From NCBI GenBank assembly GCA_030390025.1, contig CM059432.1, positions 122,080,001 to 122,144,000 on the forward strand: DNA of 64,000 bases, given 5' to 3'. The number at the start of each line of letters is the position of its first letter. Position 1 is the first letter of the stretch. The notes beneath the pieces were generated by a model that worked only from the letters and a program-made list of their open reading frames with translations, made no database searches and was not told where the DNA came from. Source of the stretch: Squalus acanthias (taxonomy: Eukaryota). The position numbers were made by a program, and so were the translations under genes. Of this stretch, positions 59,075 through 64,000 are shown piece by piece.

Positions 59075-60308
59075 CTTACGCAAATCTGGCATGGATTTTA
59101 GTGCATCCCTTGCCTCACGGCCAGCAATGTGATCGTGTGCTGGTGGAACTGGCACATCCACCTCCGCAAGGTCGTCCTCATCTGCCATTTCCTCCTCCTC
59201 CTCCTCTTCTGAGGCGGCTGTGCGCTGAGCCACTTGTTCCTCAGGCAGCGGTAAGCCACGCTGCTGTGCGATGTTGTGCAGTGCACAGCAGACCACGATG
59301 ATTCTGGACACCCTGGATGGTGCGTACTGTAGAGCTCCACCAGATCTGTCGAGGCATCTGAATCGCATTTTGAGCAAACCGATGGTTTGCTCTATGATGC
59401 TTCTGGTGGAAATGTGGCTCACATTGTACCACTCATCAGCTTCGTTTGATGGCCTCCTCATCGGTGTCATTAGTCACGTCTTCAGGTATAGCCCTTGCCT
59501 CCAAGTAGCCATCCGGAAAGTTGGGATGGTGGATTGAACAACTGAGGCACAGTGGACAGGCGCAGGATCAACGAGTCATGGCAACTGCCAGGGAAATTGG
59601 CGCAAACATGCAAAATGTTCTTCCTGTGGTTACACACCAGCTGGACGTTAAGGGAGTGGAAACCCTTGCGGTTCACAAATACAGCTGGGTTGTGATGGGG
59701 TGCCCCAATGGCCACATGTGTGCTGTCTATGATGCCCTGCACCCTTGGTAAGCCTGCCAGATTGGCAAAGCCAACCGCACGTGTGGTAACAATTGCTTCA
59801 TCCATGGAGAAGTGGATGTAATTGTGCGACTTTGCAAAGAGGGCATCGGCAACCTGCGTGATGCAAGTGTGTGCGGCCGACTGGGAGACGCTGCTGATGT
59901 CTGCTGCTGATCGCTGGAAGGACCCTGAAGCAAAGAAGTTGAGTGCGGTGGTGACTTTGACAACCACTGGTAAGGAGTATCCACCCACTCCTCTGGGCTG
60001 CAGGTGTTGGTGCAGCATTGTGCAGATGTCAGCGACTACCTCTGGCGAAAGTCTCAGCCTCTTTGGCACTGCTGCTCACTCATGTTGAGGAAGCTCATCC
60101 TCGGCCTGTAAACCCTGTGTTGGGGGTATCTCTTGCGGCGCGGTGCAGCCCTGCGCTGATGCCCTCTGCCCTGTTCAGCATCAGGTGGCTGAGGAGAAGG
60201 TTGGCGCTTCTGTTGTTGCTGCTGCTGTTGTTCCCGGTTCTGCTGCTGCCGCGGCTGCTCTTCCTCCGATTCTGAGGACCAGGATGAGAGGGTATAAATG
60301 GTGCTCAT
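59075..60308 (-). pseudogene. Harbinger DDE transposase of H7
   Basis: IDSTH, GGKGY (second catalytic Asp lost), [15 protein letters not shown]-terminal polyQ; frameshifts. Confidence 0.9.
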
Positions 60309-61138
60309 TCCACTGGTATATATCTCAGTTGAGGAATAGATGTTATAAGGGCTCAGTCAATGTGGGGAAAGCATTTTCCAAGGAGGTCACAGTACATATG
60401 AATCTCAGCTTAAACACTCACAAGATCAGTAGACCTGCAAAATGTGTTCCAAAACCTCAAAACACAAAGTTCTGGCATCTGAAAGTGAACTCGTATTACA
60501 GGTCAGCTTTTATGCTGAAGGTGCAGCTATTCAGCTACTTGCTGAACCCGGCACAATCAGCTGGCATGTTTGTCGCACGACGGGGAACACACTCAAAATG
60601 CTGTAAAATGGGAAGAGCCTCGCAAAATCGGATTATCCAGCCAGTTAACAAGCTGTTAAGTTCTTTAAGTGGCTCTCCCGCCGCTTGGTGTCGGGTCTGA
60701 TCGGGACTCGCAGACCCAACACTTTGTAAAGTCGCGTGGAGGCGGGATGGCGGCGGGTTCGCAACCCTCCGTCAATCATTTTGATTTTAACTCCGGACCC
60801 GCCTCCAAACCCACTCTCTGAGCGCTGGCAAAATCGCGACCGGAGTGCTTAAAGCTGCCAAAATTGGAAGCGATCTGTTCCCCAGCACTTACATCTATTA
60901 ATGTGAACAGCACTGAATAATTAAAAAGAAAAATATAGCACAACAGCTCAGCCAGTCACATTTACAAAGGAAAATAATATATTATTTAATATGAACAACT
61001 GTGCCCGTTCTGATGCTGGGTATGAAACTGTTACTCAATACTGTTAATGTCCCAACCATTCTAAAAGAAATTGTAATGTATTCCTTCCATTTCTATGGTA
61101 CTATTAAATGATCTTACTTTTTTACAAGGCAGCTTATG

Positions 61139-62468
61139 TGCAAGCCCACTGACTCCCACAGCTACCTGGACTACACTTCCTCCCACCCCGCCTCCTGTAA
61201 GGACTCTATTCCATTCTCCCAGTTTCTCCATCTCCACCGCATCTGCTCTGACGATGCCACCTTCCATACCAGTGCTTCCGACATGTCTTCCTTTTTCCTC
61301 AACCGAGGATTCCCCTCTACCGTGGTTGACACGGCCCTTAACCGTGTCCGTTCTATCTCCCGCACTTCTGCCCTCACCCCTGCCCCTCCCTCCCGGAACC
61401 ACGATAGGGTTCCCCTTGTCCTCACCTTTCACCCCACCAGCCTCCACATTCAACGGATCATCCTCCGCCATTTCCGCCACCTCCAGCGTGATCCCACCAC
61501 CAAACACATCTTCCCCTCACCTCCCGTTTCAACATTCCGAAGGGACCGCTCCCTCCGCGACACCCTGGTCCACTCCTCTATCACCCCCAACACCGCTTCC
61601 CCTTCGCCCGGCGCCTTCCCGTGCAAGCGCAGGAGATGCAACACATGCCCTTATACCTCCCCCCTTCCCACTGTCCAGGGCCCCAAACACCCCTTCCAGG
61701 TGAAACAGTGATTTACTTGTACTTCTTGCAATTTAGTATACTGTATTCGCTGCTCACGATGCGGTCTCCTCTACATTGGGGAGACCAAACGCAGATTGAG
61801 TGACCGCTTTGCGGAACACCTCCGTTCAGTCTGTAAGGGGGACCCCGAGCTTCCGGTCGCCTGTCACTTTAATTCACCGCTCCACTCCCACTCAGACCTC
61901 ACCGTCCTCGGCCTCTTGCATTGTTCCACGGAAGCTCAGCGTAAGCTCGAGGAACAGCACCTCATCTTTCAATTAGGCACGTTATAGCCTTCTGGACTCA
62001 ACATAGAGTTCAACAATTTCAGATCATAACCCCGGCCCCTATCATATATATATTTTTTGTCCACACTTTTTGTCTGTGTCTTTTCTTCTTCTCTCCCACA
62101 TGGCAGCTGTCTTTCATTCTGCCAGCGCAATTTACACTTCATCTAGAGCTATCCTTTGTTTCTTAACCTGTCCCATTACCATCTCCCTTTGCCTTGAATA
62201 TCTCTTAATGTCTCTTAATCTCTCCTGCCTTCTATCCTATCACAGACCTTCCCTTTTGTTCTTTCATCCCCTCCCCCATTTCCCAGCTCCTACAATGGCT
62301 TAAAAATCTGTTCCATTTCCTGCTTTTTTCCAGTTCTGACGAAAGGTCATCGACCTGAAATGTTAACTCTGTTTCTCTCTTCACAGATGCTGCCTGACCT
62401 GCTGAGTATCTCCAGCATTTTCTGTTTTTATTTCAGAGATTTCCAGCATCTGCAGTATTTTCTTTTTA
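61139..62468 (+). mobile_element. Penelope-like element PLE3, 5'-truncated
   Basis: KPTDSHSYL, CKRRRCNTC, LYIGET motifs; terminal repeat with hammerhead and tail; same subfamily as PLE2. Confidence 0.9.
62332..62368 (+). ncRNA. Minimal hammerhead ribozyme motif (family A)
   Basis: AGTT-CTGACGA-A-AGGTC-ATC-GACCT-GAAA-TGTT-AACT. Confidence 0.75.
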
Positions 62469-62957
62469 CATATGTACTGGCTGAGTTTTACAACCATTTG
62501 CTTCTCCGATACTATTTTTTCTGGTCACTTATACCTATATGTGAAGACTATGCTAATGTAGTATGTACACCTGGAGTCAATACTGATGGTCCTGCCGGCA
62601 TCTCTATGCTAATTTTTCGATTTGTTTTCACACACGGTGGACACTAATTTCAATCCTGAACTGATCATTTGAAGGGCTCATTTTCCTGGGTCGCATATAA
62701 ATGAGTTCTGACATCACTTCTCTGCACCCCGATTTCGTCTTGGGGCTAACTTACATGTCGTGGGCCTTACGCGGGTGGGTGCTAAGGCCTTTTATTGGCG
62801 CAACCCTGAGGGCGCAGGAAATTGGGACTTAAATATCCTTGCAGTGCTTCTGTGAATTGAGTTTTGCCTGAAGATAATTTTTAAAGTGGCAATGCAAAGG
62901 AGGAAGATTCAATGGCTGTAGTGAGCAGAGCAATTTGCAATCCATCAGCATGCTCGT

Positions 62958-63800
62958 AACATAGAAACATAGAAACATAGAAGATAGGAGCAGGAGTAGG
63001 CCATTCAGCCCCTCGAGCCTGCGCCGCCATTCAATGCGATCATGGCTGATCATCCAAATTCAGTACCCTGTCCCTGCTTTCTCCCCATATCCCTTGATCC
63101 CCTTAGCCTTAAGACATATATCCAACTCCTTCTTGAATATATTTAATGAATTGGACTCAACTGTCTTCTGCGGTAGAGAATTCCACAGGTTCACCACTCC
63201 CTGGGTGAAGAAATTCCTCCTCATCTCAGTCCTAAATGGCTTACCCCTTATCCTTAGACTGTGACCCCTGGTTCTGGACTCCACCTGCCATCGGGAACAG
63301 CCTTCCTGCATCTAGTCTGTCTAGTCCTGTTAGAATTTTATAAGTTTCAATGAGACCCCCTCTCATTCTTCTAAACTCTAGCGAATACAAGCCCAATCGT
63401 CCCAATCTCTCTTCATACGTCATTCCTGCCATCCCAGGTATCAGTCTGGTGAATCTTCGCTGCACTCCCTCCATGGCAAGAACATCCTTCCTCAGATAAG
63501 GCGACCAAAACTGCACACCAAGGCCCTGTACAACTGCAGCAAGACATCCTTGTTCCTGTACTCGAATCCTCTCGCTATGAAGGCCAACATACCATTTGCC
63601 TTCTTAACCGCCTGCTGCACCTGCATGCTTACCTTCAGCGACTGGTGCACAAGGACACCCAGGTCTCGTTGCACTTCCCCTTTTCCCAATCTATTGCTGT
63701 TCAGATAATAATCTGCCTTCCTGTTTTTGCCACCAAAGTGGATAACCTCGCATTTATCCACATTATACTGCATCTGCCACGCATCTGCCCAATCACCCAA
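62958..63800 (-). mobile_element. CR1 3' fragment
   Basis: ORFs 63060-63311, 63241-63516 and 63492-63800; AAACATAG tail. Confidence 0.9.
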
Positions 63801-64000
63801 TCTGCTTTGGTGCTGAGCTCATTAAGCAGCTATTGCAGGAAATAGAGTCGAGGAGGGATGTCCTTTGCTCCACCACGGAAGGAATGTCATGAAGGCAATG
63901 GTATGCAGGGCCTGGCAAGAAGTGGATGAGGCCATCAATAGCAGCAGCTGCAGCATGCCAAGGGCATGGCTGCAATGCCAAAAGAAGCTGAATGACTTCA
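63801..64000 (+). mobile_element. Harbinger Myb/SANT exon-1 remnant, runs off the window
   Basis: Window ends in ...WLQCQKKLNDF, matching the W.QC.K..ND motif of the other copies. Confidence 0.55.

Larger units (their letters stand above)
56647..60841. mobile_element. PIF/Harbinger transposon H7, full-length, related to H2 and in opposite orientation
   Basis: 16-bp TIR GG(C/T)CGCGATTTTGCCA; two convergent genes. Confidence 0.9.

Noticed and set aside
32418..62468. PLE2 and PLE3 as two arms of one giant inverted insertion
   Set aside because: The outer flanks share no TSD and candidate host exons lie between them

Overview
Eukaryotic (not microbial) genomic DNA, most consistent with a cartilaginous fish (shark/ray). 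This is inferred from the CR1/HER1-type LINEs, SacSINE1-like tRNA SINEs and Penelope-like elements. Most of the window is transposon-derived and heavily nested. It holds at least five two-gene PIF/Harbinger elements (Myb/SANT gene with introns plus a convergent DDE transposase, all decayed) with several MITE families, many CR1 fragments including one near-full-length copy, three Neptune-type Penelope-like elements (PLEs), an RTE LINE, a solo LTR and a Tigger-like MITE. Three things stand out. (1) Two families of minimal hammerhead ribozymes in PLE terminal repeats, one forming ~200-bp fold-back insertions with target-site duplications (TSDs) and a compensatory stem change. (2) A 3-kb PLE inserted as an inverted-arm structure inside a 17-bp TSD. 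(3) A chain of small minus-strand exons between the repeats, not resolved by the ORF track, that splice in phase and resemble a dynein-heavy-chain (DNHD1-like) tail; at least one downstream exon carries an in-frame stop. Family and gene assignments come from motif recognition and memory; no database search was run. I cannot support a wholly new biological system. The ribozyme fold-back element and the possibly decaying dynein-like gene are the best leads.
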